Source: Candidatus Poribacteria bacterium
GTDB taxonomy: Bacteria; Poribacteria; WGA-4E; PCPOR2b
NCBI GenBank assembly: GCA_965215015.1
Contig: OZ244042.1
Location: forward strand, 5,879,282-5,943,281
Direction of reading: 5' to 3'
DNA length: 64,000 nucleotides
Positions 50,076 through 60,335 of this stretch are shown here, piece by piece. The notes beneath the pieces are model-generated. The model saw only the letters and a list, made by a program, of their open reading frames with translations. It was not told the origin of the DNA and did no database searches. The stretch's first letter is position 1. Each line of letters starts with the position of its first letter. The translations under genes and the position numbers were made by a program.

Positions 50076-50744
50076 TTACGATCCACCCATCTGTTGGTAT
50101 TGAATTGTTTCTAATTCTAACTTCATCTGTTCAAGGCGATACCGGAACATCAGCAAGAATAGGTAGAGGAGGGTCAGTGCAAACCATGAAATTAACCACG
50201 TAGTTTGCATGGTTACGGGCAGGTTCATCTTGGTCTCAGTGCCCGGGTGCAAGCCGCCTTGCCAGAGTTCTACCGAAAAGTAAACAATGGGCACATTCAG
50301 GAAGCCGATGATTCCCAAGACTGCGGAGTAAACCCGTTTTTTTTCGTCCGATAGGGCAGACCTCAAAATAAGGTACCCGATGTATGTCAGCCACAGTATC
50401 AACGCACTTGTCAACCTCGGCTCCCAATTCCACCAAGTATTCCAAGCAAACCTCGCCCAAATAGGACCCGTGATAAACACGACCACCCCGAAAACAATCC
50501 CGATTTCCGTTGAAACAAGCGCAATCATATCATATTTGCTTTCACGCTTGATTAGATAGAGAATGCTAAAGAGGCAGGTTACGCCAAAAGCAAGGAATAT
50601 AGTGAATGCCGAAGAAATATGAAAGTAAAAAATCTTCTGCACTTCTAGCATCGTCATCTCAATCTCGGCAAAACTGAAAATGGAGTAGATTGCAACAAAT
50701 AGGAAGATTGCTGCAAGCATCCCAATTAGTTGAGTACGTGTCAT
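50076..50744 (-). CDS. ccmC: heme exporter protein C
   Basis: IFYFHI, GPIWAR..WNTWWNWEPRLT (WWD), LHP. Confidence 0.92.
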   Translation of the reverse strand: MTRTQLIGMLAAIFLFVAIYSIFSFAEIEMTMLEVQKIFYFHISSAFTIFLAFGVTCLFSILYLIKRESKYDMIALVSTEIGIVFGVVVFITGPIWARFAWNTWWNWEPRLTSALILWLTYIGYLILRSALSDEKKRVYSAVLGIIGFLNVPIVYFSVELWQGGLHPGTETKMNLPVTMQTTWLISWFALTLLYLFLLMFRYRLEQMKLELETIQYQQMGGS

Positions 50745-50768
50745 TTTTCCCTCCTTTTACAGGGTAAC

Positions 50769-51485
50769 TTATCCCTCAACAATAAACTCAAAGAGGAGAT
50801 ATGAGCTTGCTAGGAATACAAGACTGTAGACAATCAAAATTGAAATCCAGAAACTTCCCCCAAGCCCACCGGTGGTCAGCAGAGAAACGGTGCATTTTGC
50901 TCCTGCCATAACCACCGGAAGGGTCAGCGGCAGTAAGATGACGGAGAGGAGACTTTCCTGTCCATGCGTATTGGTAGAAATCCCCGATGCAATGACGCCC
51001 ACCGCACAGAAACCGAGCGTTCCAATCGCAAGCACACCGATGAGTTTAAGCAGGAGCCAGGGGAGTTCCTTTTGCAGCGGAACAGGTAAAACAGTGAGCA
51101 CATCCAGAAATTGAAGGGCGATCGGTGTAACAATGACCTCCAACAGTATGAGAAAAACGAAGATACTGATAACCTTTGAGAGGTAAAAGTAACTCGCATC
51201 TACCCCTGTCAACCTCCATCCGTGCAGGGCACCGTTTGCGCGTTCAATATTGAAAGACCTGTTCAAGGTGATGATGCCCGCAAACAAAAATGTCCCCCAT
51301 AACACGCTGGCAGCCAATTTTCCCCGTTCAACCAATTTTTCGGGAAAAATCGGTCCGAATGCGAAGCAGAAGATTAGTACAACTAACATACTGAACACGA
51401 TGATTAAAGCCAGCATGTCCTTTATGCGAAATTGGAGTGCAAGGTCCTTGTGAATCAGCCAACCGATTTGGCGAAATGCTTCCAT
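50769..51485 (-). CDS. ccmB: heme exporter protein B
   Basis: KDL...R, F..E..NG.L, LL.VILLPL..PV. Confidence 0.88.
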   Translation of the reverse strand: MEAFRQIGWLIHKDLALQFRIKDMLALIIVFSMLVVLIFCFAFGPIFPEKLVERGKLAASVLWGTFLFAGIITLNRSFNIERANGALHGWRLTGVDASYFYLSKVISIFVFLILLEVIVTPIALQFLDVLTVLPVPLQKELPWLLLKLIGVLAIGTLGFCAVGVIASGISTNTHGQESLLSVILLPLTLPVVMAGAKCTVSLLTTGGLGGSFWISILIVYSLVFLASSYLLFEFIVEG

Positions 51486-51571
51486 TGATTAGAATGGACC
51501 CCCTTTTTGAACCGTTATTGCGACAATAACCACGTGCCTTTGGCAATCGAAGAATTGTTACGTCTTCCTGT

Positions 51572-52276
51572 CTATCTTTTTAACCTGCCCTCATACTCAC
51601 GAGACAACGCTTCCAATTCAATATCTGCCTTCTCAGCAACCGTTTCAATTTGACCGTTCAACAGAAAGTGGAAGCGAGAACCGGCGTGGTAGCCTAATTC
51701 TGTGTTGTGCGTCGTAAGGACAATCCCTTTGCCGCGAGCACGTTCCTGATCGATTCGCTTGAATACAAATTGCTTCGCAGCGAAGTCAAGTCCCGAAAAC
51801 GGTTCATCAAAGAGGAGTAGCATCGGATCATGGATCAATGCCTTGGCAATCATGAATCGCTGAATCATACCGCGCGAGAAGAGCTTAACGGGCTCGTGTG
51901 CATAAGGGGTCAGTTCGACCTCGTCGAGAAGATTGACGATGCGTTGCTCTAATCCAGCGAGTCCGTAGAGCCGTCCGAAAAATTTCAAGTTCTCATAAGG
52001 GCTAAATTCGAGATAAGCGAGCGGTTCGTGAAGGACCAACCCCAATGATGGACGGACCCGTAAAGCTTCCGCAAGGGCATCGATCCCTCCAATTTGAAGC
52101 GTACCGGATGTCGGTTTAATCAATGTCGAAAGAATCTGAATCAGTGTTGTTTTGCCAGCCCCGTTTGGTCCAAAAATCGTAACAACTTCACCGGACTGGA
52201 CATTGAGGTCGAGCCCGTTCAACACCAGTCGATGACCAAAGCGTTTCATGATTTGGGAGGCTTGGAGAAGCATCAT
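51572..52276 (-). CDS. ccmA: heme ABC exporter ATP-binding protein
   Basis: GPNGAGKTT, FSRGM, LLFDEPF; context next to ccmB. Confidence 0.88.
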   Translation of the reverse strand: MMLLQASQIMKRFGHRLVLNGLDLNVQSGEVVTIFGPNGAGKTTLIQILSTLIKPTSGTLQIGGIDALAEALRVRPSLGLVLHEPLAYLEFSPYENLKFFGRLYGLAGLEQRIVNLLDEVELTPYAHEPVKLFSRGMIQRFMIAKALIHDPMLLLFDEPFSGLDFAAKQFVFKRIDQERARGKGIVLTTHNTELGYHAGSRFHFLLNGQIETVAEKADIELEALSREYEGRLKR

Positions 52277-52292
52277 TAGTAGAAAACTGCGG

Positions 52293-52939
52293 TTATGAGA
52301 GGCCTAACTCACGCAGAATATCACGTTCTTTAGGCGGGGGCTGATGCCAAATCCATTGAGGGTTTACAAAAAAGCCGGGGATTACAGCAGAACGTAGACG
52401 CCAGGTGTGTCGGGCAGCAGCGGTTCATATTTATCCGGATCGGACAAGCGATAGACATTAATCTATTTCGCCAAAGGCGCAATAATCCAATAATTTGCGG
52501 ATACCAAACGCCTCGTATTCCTTATATTTATTTTCCCTATCCCTCTCTTGGCTATCCAGTGAAACAATCTCCATCGCTAACTCAGGAGTGCCCTCAAAAT
52601 GCGCTTCTTCAAGGAAATGCAGGCGTTGACGGGAAATGAACAGAAATCTGGAATTCGCCTTAATCGCGGGCGGAGGCGAATTGGGAGATTTGGCCCGAAA
52701 ACTTCACCGAGGTCATGGTGTTCTACAAAAAGCCCCAAAATCGTTCCAATAAACTAACGCACCCGCTCAGCCTGCGCGGATTCAGGTGTCATCATAATAA
52801 CCTTTCCGTCAACAGACTCGGCGCGAATATCTTCATCACCCCACTCTATAAACTCATCTTCGGTCATTGAAACAACACTTTTGAGAGCCGCGATAGATAG
52901 AGATTCATCTGCCAGATTGAGGATTGTTTTAGGATTCAC
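52293..52939 (-). pseudogene. Uma2 (DUF820) family endonuclease pseudogene
   Basis: MTEDEF...RAESVDGKVI, TAG at 52754-52756, then FVEHHDLGEV...RRIPD, frameshifted GTPELAMEIVS...KYKEYE, ending PGFFVNPQWIW...LRELGLS*. Confidence 0.8.
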
Positions 52940-52942
52940 GGT

Positions 52943-54256
52943 TTATTCTTCTTTGCTATTAAGGCGCGCCAAGACGGTAGCAAGCCGATCCGCCTGTTCT
53001 TTCCGTAATCGCTTATAAACCCGATCGGAGATTTCGCGCTTTTCGTACAATGCCTCAAGGCAGGTAATCATCTCAAGCCGGGCAATCCGCGTCCGCTCTA
53101 TGTCGGCGACATCCAACTTACCGATCCAACTTGCATCGGGTGCTGCTCGAGGCTTCTGGGAGTCGTCAGACGACTTTGGCGGTGGGGGTCGGATTTTGAA
53201 AATCGCTGCAACCAAAAAACCGCCTGCAAGTGCCGCGGCGATCGCAATCAGCGCAATCATCTTGGGTTCAGAGGGTTGTCTGGCTCTTTCACTTATACCC
53301 CCCTGAGACGGAGGAGCAGTGGAGGTAGCTTTGAAGTGTAGATCTACAATTTGGCTCGTTGATAGCGGCTGCGCCGGATCCGTCGCATAAATGGTGTACA
53401 CCAGTCCGTGAATTTGTTCCCGCCGACCCGATCCCAGCATTCTTGATTGTGGCACTAAGGGCACTCCGTCAGAGATGAATACATAGAATTGAGCGGTATC
53501 AAACGTCAATTTTCGAGAGAGAACTAAATCCGAATTAACGACGTGCATCAAGTAGGAATAGCTGAGTTGATGTGTTCCCGGAGCTAACGGTTGGTTCGCA
53601 ATTAACCGATTTGCGTTTACTCCAAGCTCTTGTTTGAAAGTTTGGTCAAGTTGAAGGTTTTCGTAACCATCTGGCAGGTTGAAATACACACCTGCCGATT
53701 GATTATCTATTGACGTTTGAAAAGCCAAGTCGCTGGTATTTTCGACTTGAATTAGCTCTAGTACCGAAACCGCCCCATCAGGGGCATGGTCGGCTGGAGG
53801 GGGACCGATGATAAGCGTATGCCGCCGAATTTTCACCTGCGACGGATCATCCGTAAACACTCCAATCTCAATATTGACCTTGATATTAGGCAACCACTCC
53901 GACAGAACGAGATCCCGTTCGATATGTTCCTCACCTTCATAATTGGTCAAAACAGCATAATGCACATCGAAAGCGGTTGAGAGATTGTCGAAGACATAAG
54001 CCCCGCTATCGTCTGTCAACGTCTCACGTTGTTGGACATGTTCGCCTTCCCCGTGAATCTGTAAAACCACCACCTGTTGAGAAAGCGGTTGATTTTTCCT
54101 TTTATCTATAACCCGCCCTTCGATTTTGCCGATGTCGCTTTGTCCAACGGCGCAGGGCACACAGATTAGACCCATGAATATAAAGCATAAGACGTGAAAC
54201 CTGAAACGTAAAAAGTACTCGTTTTCTGGCTTTCCGGTGTTATGGTTATCGCCCAT
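52943..54256 (-). CDS. ccm-associated exported/membrane protein with carboxypeptidase-regulatory-like domain
   Basis: GKIEGRVI...TDDSGAYVFDNL; C-terminal TM and short helical tail. Confidence 0.6.
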   Translation of the reverse strand: MGDNHNTGKPENEYFLRFRFHVLCFIFMGLICVPCAVGQSDIGKIEGRVIDKRKNQPLSQQVVVLQIHGEGEHVQQRETLTDDSGAYVFDNLSTAFDVHYAVLTNYEGEEHIERDLVLSEWLPNIKVNIEIGVFTDDPSQVKIRRHTLIIGPPPADHAPDGAVSVLELIQVENTSDLAFQTSIDNQSAGVYFNLPDGYENLQLDQTFKQELGVNANRLIANQPLAPGTHQLSYSYLMHVVNSDLVLSRKLTFDTAQFYVFISDGVPLVPQSRMLGSGRREQIHGLVYTIYATDPAQPLSTSQIVDLHFKATSTAPPSQGGISERARQPSEPKMIALIAIAAALAGGFLVAAIFKIRPPPPKSSDDSQKPRAAPDASWIGKLDVADIERTRIARLEMITCLEALYEKREISDRVYKRLRKEQADRLATVLARLNSKEE

Positions 54257-54264
54257 ATTTTATC

Positions 54265-54603
54265 TTAGCCCCGTGATTGCTTCTCTTGTTTATATCTTTC
54301 GATTTCCTCTTCCACAGACGCCATGCCGGCCGTTTCAATCTGGGTCAACACCGCTGCTGTTTCGTGCAACAGTTGTTCTCGTAGAGTTTGATAGTCTCTT
54401 TGGGATAGCTTACCTGTTTCATAATCTTCTTCAAGGTCCACGAGTGCCGAATAGCTACGTTCACGCTCAAGATATAACGTTTGCATCCGGGCTTCAACAG
54501 CATCCATTTCTGGGGATGGACGCAACCTTGACCACAATGGCAAACCCAGATAAACCAATAAGGGAAGCCCAAGTAGTAGAATCCATAGAAACACAAAAAA
54601 CAT
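54265..54603 (-). CDS. CcmI-like N-terminal domain protein
   Basis: TM plus LVDLEEDYETGKLSQRDYQTLR pattern; lies in the ccm operon. Confidence 0.65.
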   Translation of the reverse strand: MFFVFLWILLLGLPLLVYLGLPLWSRLRPSPEMDAVEARMQTLYLERERSYSALVDLEEDYETGKLSQRDYQTLREQLLHETAAVLTQIETAGMASVEEEIERYKQEKQSRG

Positions 54604-54626
54604 ATACCAAACTCCTAGCCTTATAG

Positions 54627-55133
54627 TTATCTTCGCTGCTTGTAGCGTTCCAGTTCTTCCTCAATTTGTTTGTATTGATCCATCGATGCGGATCCCTGTG
54701 GCTCTGCCGAAATAGGGGACTTTGCCAACGCGCCCTTGCGTTTGGATCTAAACACAAGAAACACGATAACGCCGAGCAACACGATGATAACGGCAGGCAT
54801 GACATAAGCGACGATATTAAACCCTTTGGCAGGCATAAGTGCTGAATATTGCGTACCGTATCTTGCAAGATAGCCATCCCGAATCTGTTGAACCGTTTCC
54901 CCGGCAATGAGGCGATTGCGAAAGTCCGTTTCAATCTGTTGAGCAACGCCACAGACACAATGTTTAATTGTCTCTCGCACGCAGCCACAGTAACAGTATA
55001 CGCTGGTGATCAATTGATTCAAGTTTAATTCAAGCGATGGGACGGTTGTGGATGCTTGCTCTTGAGTATTTGCTCCCGAAATTAAGCAGCTGAAGGAGGT
55101 TAAAATTAAGAGAACAGTGAGGCAGCTTTTCAT
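54627..55133 (-). CDS. ccmH: cytochrome c biogenesis protein CcmH
   Basis: Signal peptide, CYCGC...CVC, G.T..QI...Y..RYG, TM segment. Confidence 0.8.
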   Translation of the reverse strand: MKSCLTVLLILTSFSCLISGANTQEQASTTVPSLELNLNQLITSVYCYCGCVRETIKHCVCGVAQQIETDFRNRLIAGETVQQIRDGYLARYGTQYSALMPAKGFNIVAYVMPAVIIVLLGVIVFLVFRSKRKGALAKSPISAEPQGSASMDQYKQIEEELERYKQRR

Positions 55134-55134
55134 T

Positions 55135-57147
55135 TTACGCATTACCTTTGACGTGCTTCTCACAAAGTGCGACCAGTCCACCAATCATCATGATGGCAAC
55201 GCCTAGCCAGACAACATTGATAAGCGGATTGTGGTAAACTTGAACAGAGACAATTCCGCCCGAATCCACATGGGCAGGTACGTTTTCAGGAAGGGGACCT
55301 AAGGCAATGTAAAGGTCGTTTAATCCTAAATGGCGTATGGCTGACTCGATGGTATCCTGGTCGCCTTGCCCGGCTTTATGATAAAATCCGCGCGCTGGAC
55401 GCATCGTCCCCATTGATCTCCCGTCTTTTTCGACAGAGAATACAACCCCACCGAGCGAAAAATTAGGGTGTTCCTCCTGAAATGCCTCCTGTATCGTGAG
55501 CCTGTAGTCGTTGACCTCCATTGATTCCCCAAGTTGTAGCCCCTTCGACTCTAAGAGATAATACCCTTTAGACCCCAGAATCCCAATATATAAAATCACG
55601 ATGCCGATATGGACGATGTAGCCGCCGTATCGACGTTTGTTGCGTTGAATGAGTTGAATGAATCCATCAAAGAATGAAGTTCCTTGACGTTTGGCTCGTA
55701 ATTTTGATCCGCGGTAGAATTCGTCGCAGATGGCTACGAAGACAAAAACACCAGCGAAGACGCAAAGCGTGGAATAGATTGCCCCAGTATGCCCTTTTAA
55801 AGCGAGATATATCCATGTAAGGACCCCGCCGACTATCCCGAAAGCAATCGGCTTGGCGAACATCCGTTTGAAATTGCTTGGCGTCAATTTTTTCCATGAA
55901 ATAATTGGACCGACGCCTGTGAGTAACAGGAGCAGCAATCCAGGAATAATAACCACCTTATTAAAAAATGCTTCTGGGACCGCAGCTTTTTCTCCGGTGA
56001 CCTGTTCTGTGATAATTGGCCACAGTGTTCCCCAAAGGATAATCAGTGTTAGACCCACAAGCATCCAATTGTTTAAGAGGAACGAACTTTCGCGGGAAAG
56101 GAGAGATTCAAGACGATTAGGACTTTTCAAATCATTCCAGCGATAAGCCAAAAGCCCAATGACACCAAGTGTAGAAAAGAAGATAAACCCGAGGAAGTAC
56201 CCCCCGATGTCAGATTGTGCAAATGCGTGTACGGAGGTAATTATCCCACTACGGGTGATGAAAGTTCCTAACAGCGTAAACTCAAACGCAAGCGTAATCA
56301 GGATGATATTCCAGAGTTTGAGCATGCCCCGCTTTTCTTGAATCATCACCGAATGGAGGTAGGCGGTGCCGAGCAGCCACGGCATGAAAGAGGCGTTTTC
56401 GACGGGATCCCATGCCCAATAGCCTCCCCAGCCGAGCTCACGGTATGCCCAATTGCCGCCAAGCGTGATGCCAAGTGTCAACACCAACCAAGAGGCCATC
56501 ATCCATCGCCGCGACCTGCTAATCCACTCGCTGCCTATCTTTCCAGCAGCAAGAGCACCGACAGCAAAGGCAAACGGCACAGTTAGACTGACGAAGCCGA
56601 CATAAAGGGACGGAGGATGAAAAGCCATGCTCGGTGTTTGTAGCAGCGGATTCATTCCGGCACCGTCGCGAGCAACCGCACCATTTGGCAACCGCTCCAG
56701 TGGATTATAAACGCCTTCGATTAAACCGGTCACAAGAATGATAAAAAAGAGTTGGACTATCGAGATGGGGATGAGGGCATAGTCAGCCAAGTAATCTGTC
56801 GCCCGTCGATTTGTCCATACGACTAATGCGCCAAAAAGTGTCACGAGCCAAAGCCAAAACAGGAGCGAGCCGGACATCCGTCCCCACAACGCAGTAACTT
56901 TGTAAAGCAGAGGCTGATCATAGCTGGAAACTTCGACGACGTATTTCATTGAGAAGTCGTTTGTCACAAAACCGTAGATCAATGCACCGGTCGCAAGCGT
57001 TATTAAAGCAAAGGTCCCGACGACCCCGTTTCGTCCACTGATGATTGCGTTGTAGTTGTTATGACGCAATCCCATCCAGAGCATCGTCAATGCCCACAGA
57101 CAGGAAAAAACTGAAAGCCATATTGCCGCCTGTCCTAATTCTGCCAT
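55135..57147 (-). CDS. ccmF: heme lyase CcmF
   Basis: GMNPLLQ...HPP.LY.G, WAYRELGWGGYWAWDPVENASFMPWL, SVHAF. Confidence 0.96.
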   Translation of the reverse strand: MAELGQAAIWLSVFSCLWALTMLWMGLRHNNYNAIISGRNGVVGTFALITLATGALIYGFVTNDFSMKYVVEVSSYDQPLLYKVTALWGRMSGSLLFWLWLVTLFGALVVWTNRRATDYLADYALIPISIVQLFFIILVTGLIEGVYNPLERLPNGAVARDGAGMNPLLQTPSMAFHPPSLYVGFVSLTVPFAFAVGALAAGKIGSEWISRSRRWMMASWLVLTLGITLGGNWAYRELGWGGYWAWDPVENASFMPWLLGTAYLHSVMIQEKRGMLKLWNIILITLAFEFTLLGTFITRSGIITSVHAFAQSDIGGYFLGFIFFSTLGVIGLLAYRWNDLKSPNRLESLLSRESSFLLNNWMLVGLTLIILWGTLWPIITEQVTGEKAAVPEAFFNKVVIIPGLLLLLLTGVGPIISWKKLTPSNFKRMFAKPIAFGIVGGVLTWIYLALKGHTGAIYSTLCVFAGVFVFVAICDEFYRGSKLRAKRQGTSFFDGFIQLIQRNKRRYGGYIVHIGIVILYIGILGSKGYYLLESKGLQLGESMEVNDYRLTIQEAFQEEHPNFSLGGVVFSVEKDGRSMGTMRPARGFYHKAGQGDQDTIESAIRHLGLNDLYIALGPLPENVPAHVDSGGIVSVQVYHNPLINVVWLGVAIMMIGGLVALCEKHVKGNA

Positions 57148-57171
57148 AACGCGTATTTTTCCTTCGGAGAT

Positions 57172-57618
57172 TTAATAATCGCTTGTGTTGGTTCTGCCGG
57201 TCTGTGCTGTTACTCCTTCAGCTGCTTCATATTTCGACGCACACTTCGTTTGGAGTTTGGAGGCAACGATGAGGTTTTCGGCTGCATTATACTTCCCCTG
57301 AACAAAGACATTCCCGCCATCTTTGAAGTTGTCGGGTCTGAGTCTATTTGCATAGAGGATGTTGACACTCGCTTGCCCTTCTCGATCTCGTACCGCAAAG
57401 GTGAGTTGAAACTTTGCTGGATCCCATTGGGTGGTTCCCTCCGCAATCAACCCGTCCACCTGGATGCTCTTATTGTCAACCTCTTGTGCGTGTGCAATGA
57501 GCACATCGGGCGTGAAGTGTCGCATGCTTGTGTTCTTCACCCCTGTGACAACGAGAAACACCATTGCAGCCGCTAAGATAAAGCTCGCAATAATGATTTT
57601 GGTCCTTTTCCGATTCAT
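57172..57618 (-). CDS. ccmE: heme chaperone CcmE (CxxxY variant)
   Basis: PDNFKDG...KCASKY; Cys replaces the canonical His. Confidence 0.9.
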   Translation of the reverse strand: MNRKRTKIIIASFILAAAMVFLVVTGVKNTSMRHFTPDVLIAHAQEVDNKSIQVDGLIAEGTTQWDPAKFQLTFAVRDREGQASVNILYANRLRPDNFKDGGNVFVQGKYNAAENLIVASKLQTKCASKYEAAEGVTAQTGRTNTSDY

Positions 57619-59153
57619 TTTCCCTTTCCCTTTCGTGTATAAAATGCAACAATTTCTTCCGCGAGTAATTCTACAGATGCTTGCTTCGCAACTATATCTA
57701 CTGTCAATCCCTTCGCTTCCGCAGTTGAGGCGGTTGATGGTCCGATGACCGCAATGTAAACTCGATCGAGCAAGGCAGCGGATGGGTGTGAACCGAACAT
57801 CTCAAGAAAGTTGGTAATAGTTGATGAACTTGTGAATGTCACCATGTCAATTCGCCCGTTGTGTAGGTCCGCTTCAAGTGCTTCACACCCTTCTGCACCA
57901 GCTTTGACGGTTTCATAGATTGGGATAGTATCAACAATCGCACCTCTATCTTGTAAACCGTTAGGTAAATCAGCAGCAGCGATCGAAGCACGCGGCAACA
58001 AAATCTTTTGTCTCTCCACACCTTCTAATTCTGCTGCAAGGACCGCACCGCGATATTGCGATGGGACGTAATCCGCACAAATCCCAATCTGATCTAATGC
58101 CGCTACGGTTTTTTGGCCAACTGCACAGATACGGGCGTTTCCGAGCGATCGGACATCTTTGCCATTTTCCCGCAGGTGGCGATAGAAATAGCCTACAGCG
58201 TTGACGCTGGTAAAAATAATCCAGTTATACGTTGCAAGTTGAGCAATTGCCCTGGCCAACGCGGTATTGTCGGGAATCGGCTGGGTTTCAATTGTCGGGA
58301 ATTGGATAACCTCGGCACCATAAGATTCGAGGCATTCCGCGAAGTTGCTCGCTTGCGCCCGAGCGCGGGTGACTATAATCCGACGACCGAAAAGTGGCTT
58401 TTGATCAAACCAACCCAATTGTTCGCGTAAAATGTTGACGTCACCGACGACGATTGCCGCCGGATTACGAAAATTGACAACCTCTGCCTTTTGAGCGATG
58501 TCTGTGAGAGTTCCCTCAAGCGTTTTTTGTCGCGGGGTTGTCCCCCAATGAACGAGAGAAACCGGGGTCTCAGGTGAGCGTCCATGTTGAATCAGACGCT
58601 CTGCAATTTCCCGTAAATGCCCTACCCCCATGAGAATAACCAATGTATCCACACCTGTAGCGAGTTGCTCCCAACGGATTGGCGAATCCGCTTTCAACGC
58701 CGCCGAATGTCCTGTGACAAACGCGACGGAAGATGAGTAACCCCGATGCGTCAAGGGGATGCCTGCATACGCCGGGGCAGCAATTGCTGAGGTGATACCG
58801 GGGACGACTTCAAAATCAATTCCCGCCTCCACAAGTGTAAGTGCCTCTTCCCCGCCTCTTCCAAATATAAACGGATCGCCGCCTTTGAGGCGGACAACCA
58901 TCTTACCTGCCCTCGCGTGCCGAATCATTAGATCATCAATTTCGGCTTGGCGCTGCTCCTGCTCGCCCGTCATTTTTCCGCCATAGATTTTTTCGGCATG
59001 GGGAGAACAATGCTCAAGTAATTTGACGTTGATAAGCAGGTCATAGATGACGACATCTGCACGTTGGAGGCATTCAATTCCTTTGAGGGTAATCAGTTTC
59101 TGATCGCCCGGTCCTGCCCCAACAAGGTAGACTTTACCATTTATGGCAGCCAT
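57615..59153 (-). CDS. cobA/hemD: uroporphyrinogen-III C-methyltransferase / synthase fusion
   Basis: VYLVGAGPGD, RLKGGDPFIFGRGGEE; HemD motifs VTRA, FTSVNAV, FTSSST. Confidence 0.95.
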   Translation of the reverse strand: MAAINGKVYLVGAGPGDQKLITLKGIECLQRADVVIYDLLINVKLLEHCSPHAEKIYGGKMTGEQEQRQAEIDDLMIRHARAGKMVVRLKGGDPFIFGRGGEEALTLVEAGIDFEVVPGITSAIAAPAYAGIPLTHRGYSSSVAFVTGHSAALKADSPIRWEQLATGVDTLVILMGVGHLREIAERLIQHGRSPETPVSLVHWGTTPRQKTLEGTLTDIAQKAEVVNFRNPAAIVVGDVNILREQLGWFDQKPLFGRRIIVTRARAQASNFAECLESYGAEVIQFPTIETQPIPDNTALARAIAQLATYNWIIFTSVNAVGYFYRHLRENGKDVRSLGNARICAVGQKTVAALDQIGICADYVPSQYRGAVLAAELEGVERQKILLPRASIAAADLPNGLQDRGAIVDTIPIYETVKAGAEGCEALEADLHNGRIDMVTFTSSSTITNFLEMFGSHPSAALLDRVYIAVIGPSTASTAEAKGLTVDIVAKQASVELLAEEIVAFYTRKGKGK

Positions 59154-59163
59154 GATTCACGCT

Positions 59164-60078
59164 TTACGTTTCACTTTGAAGTTTATGTGCACCACTCTGA
59201 ATTAACTTCGTCGCAAGGTTGATTCCCAACTCTTGAGCATGCACCGAATCACCCGATAGTTTCTCAAGGATGCGATGCCTCCCGTCAGGGCTGCAAACCG
59301 TAGCGATTAGCTGAAGGCTATTGTCCTTCAGCTGTGCGTTCACGCCAATTGGAACTTGACATCCACCACCTAATTCTTGCAACACAGTCCTCTCTGCAAA
59401 CACCTCAGTTTCGCTATGGCTATCGTTAATTGCGTCCAACAACTTCTTGATTTCAAGGTCATCTTCGCGCGCTTCTACCCCCAATGCCCCTTGCCCGGCA
59501 GCAGGCACCATCCGATTAGCCTCAAAATACTCCGTGATGATTTCCTCACCAATCAACCGTTTAATACCTGCCGCAGCAAGGATAACTCCATCCAGCTCTG
59601 TTTCATGCAATTTACGCAGGCGCGTGTCAAGATTGCCGCGGACAGCCACAACCTGAAAATCAGGGCGGAAATGTAGCAGCTGAGATCTGCGGCGTGGACT
59701 TGTCGTCCCAATTTTCTCCCCTTTCGGGAGCTGATCGAGACGCAGCCCGGACTGCGTAACCAGCACATCGCGAGGATCTTCGCGTACAGGGATAGCAGCG
59801 ATACAAAGTCCATTGGGCAGATCTGTCGGTAGGTCTTTCATGCTGTGGACAGCGAGATCAATTGTGCCGTCCAAAAGCGCAATTTCAATCTCCTTTGTAA
59901 AGACCCCTTTACCGAGCCCAATGAGAGAGCGATCTCGAATTTTGTCCCCCATCGTCTTGATAACTTTGAGTTCGATCGAGCAGTCAGGAAAGTGATTGTT
60001 CAGACGCTTTCTCACATATTCTGCCTGCCAGAGGGCAAGTTGGCTGCCGCGTGTACCGATGGTGATAGTTTGTTTCAT
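59164..60078 (-). CDS. hemC: hydroxymethylbilane synthase
   Basis: IGTRGSQLALWQA, AVHSMKD, RGNLDTRL, LGGGCQVPIG. Confidence 0.97.
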   Translation of the reverse strand: MKQTITIGTRGSQLALWQAEYVRKRLNNHFPDCSIELKVIKTMGDKIRDRSLIGLGKGVFTKEIEIALLDGTIDLAVHSMKDLPTDLPNGLCIAAIPVREDPRDVLVTQSGLRLDQLPKGEKIGTTSPRRRSQLLHFRPDFQVVAVRGNLDTRLRKLHETELDGVILAAAGIKRLIGEEIITEYFEANRMVPAAGQGALGVEAREDDLEIKKLLDAINDSHSETEVFAERTVLQELGGGCQVPIGVNAQLKDNSLQLIATVCSPDGRHRILEKLSGDSVHAQELGINLATKLIQSGAHKLQSET

Positions 60079-60158
60079 ATGGACTCCAGCAAATCTCCCG
60101 ACAGTTCAGTCGTGCCCAACCGACTCATGTAAAAATCGTTAATAGGATTCAAGCAATA

Positions 60159-60299
60159 CTATTCAACCTTCAATTTCTCAAGTTCAGATTCCAGATATGC
60201 TATTGGTCCTTAAAGTTTCGCTGTTTGAACAAAAGCAAGGAGGCCATAGATGAAACCCGTCGTTTCAAGTGTCAGCCCGATAATTCCGAATGTCTCCAT
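60159..60299 (-). pseudogene. small TM/coiled-coil protein gene with internal TAA (or a 29-aa peptide)
   Basis: GAAGGGG RBS; METFGIIGLTLETTGFIYGLLAFVQTAKL*GPIAYLESELEKLKVE*; TAA at 60210-60212. Confidence 0.4.
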
Positions 60300-60335
60300 T
60301 GTGGACCCCTTCATCAGGTTCGTATCACATCAGCT

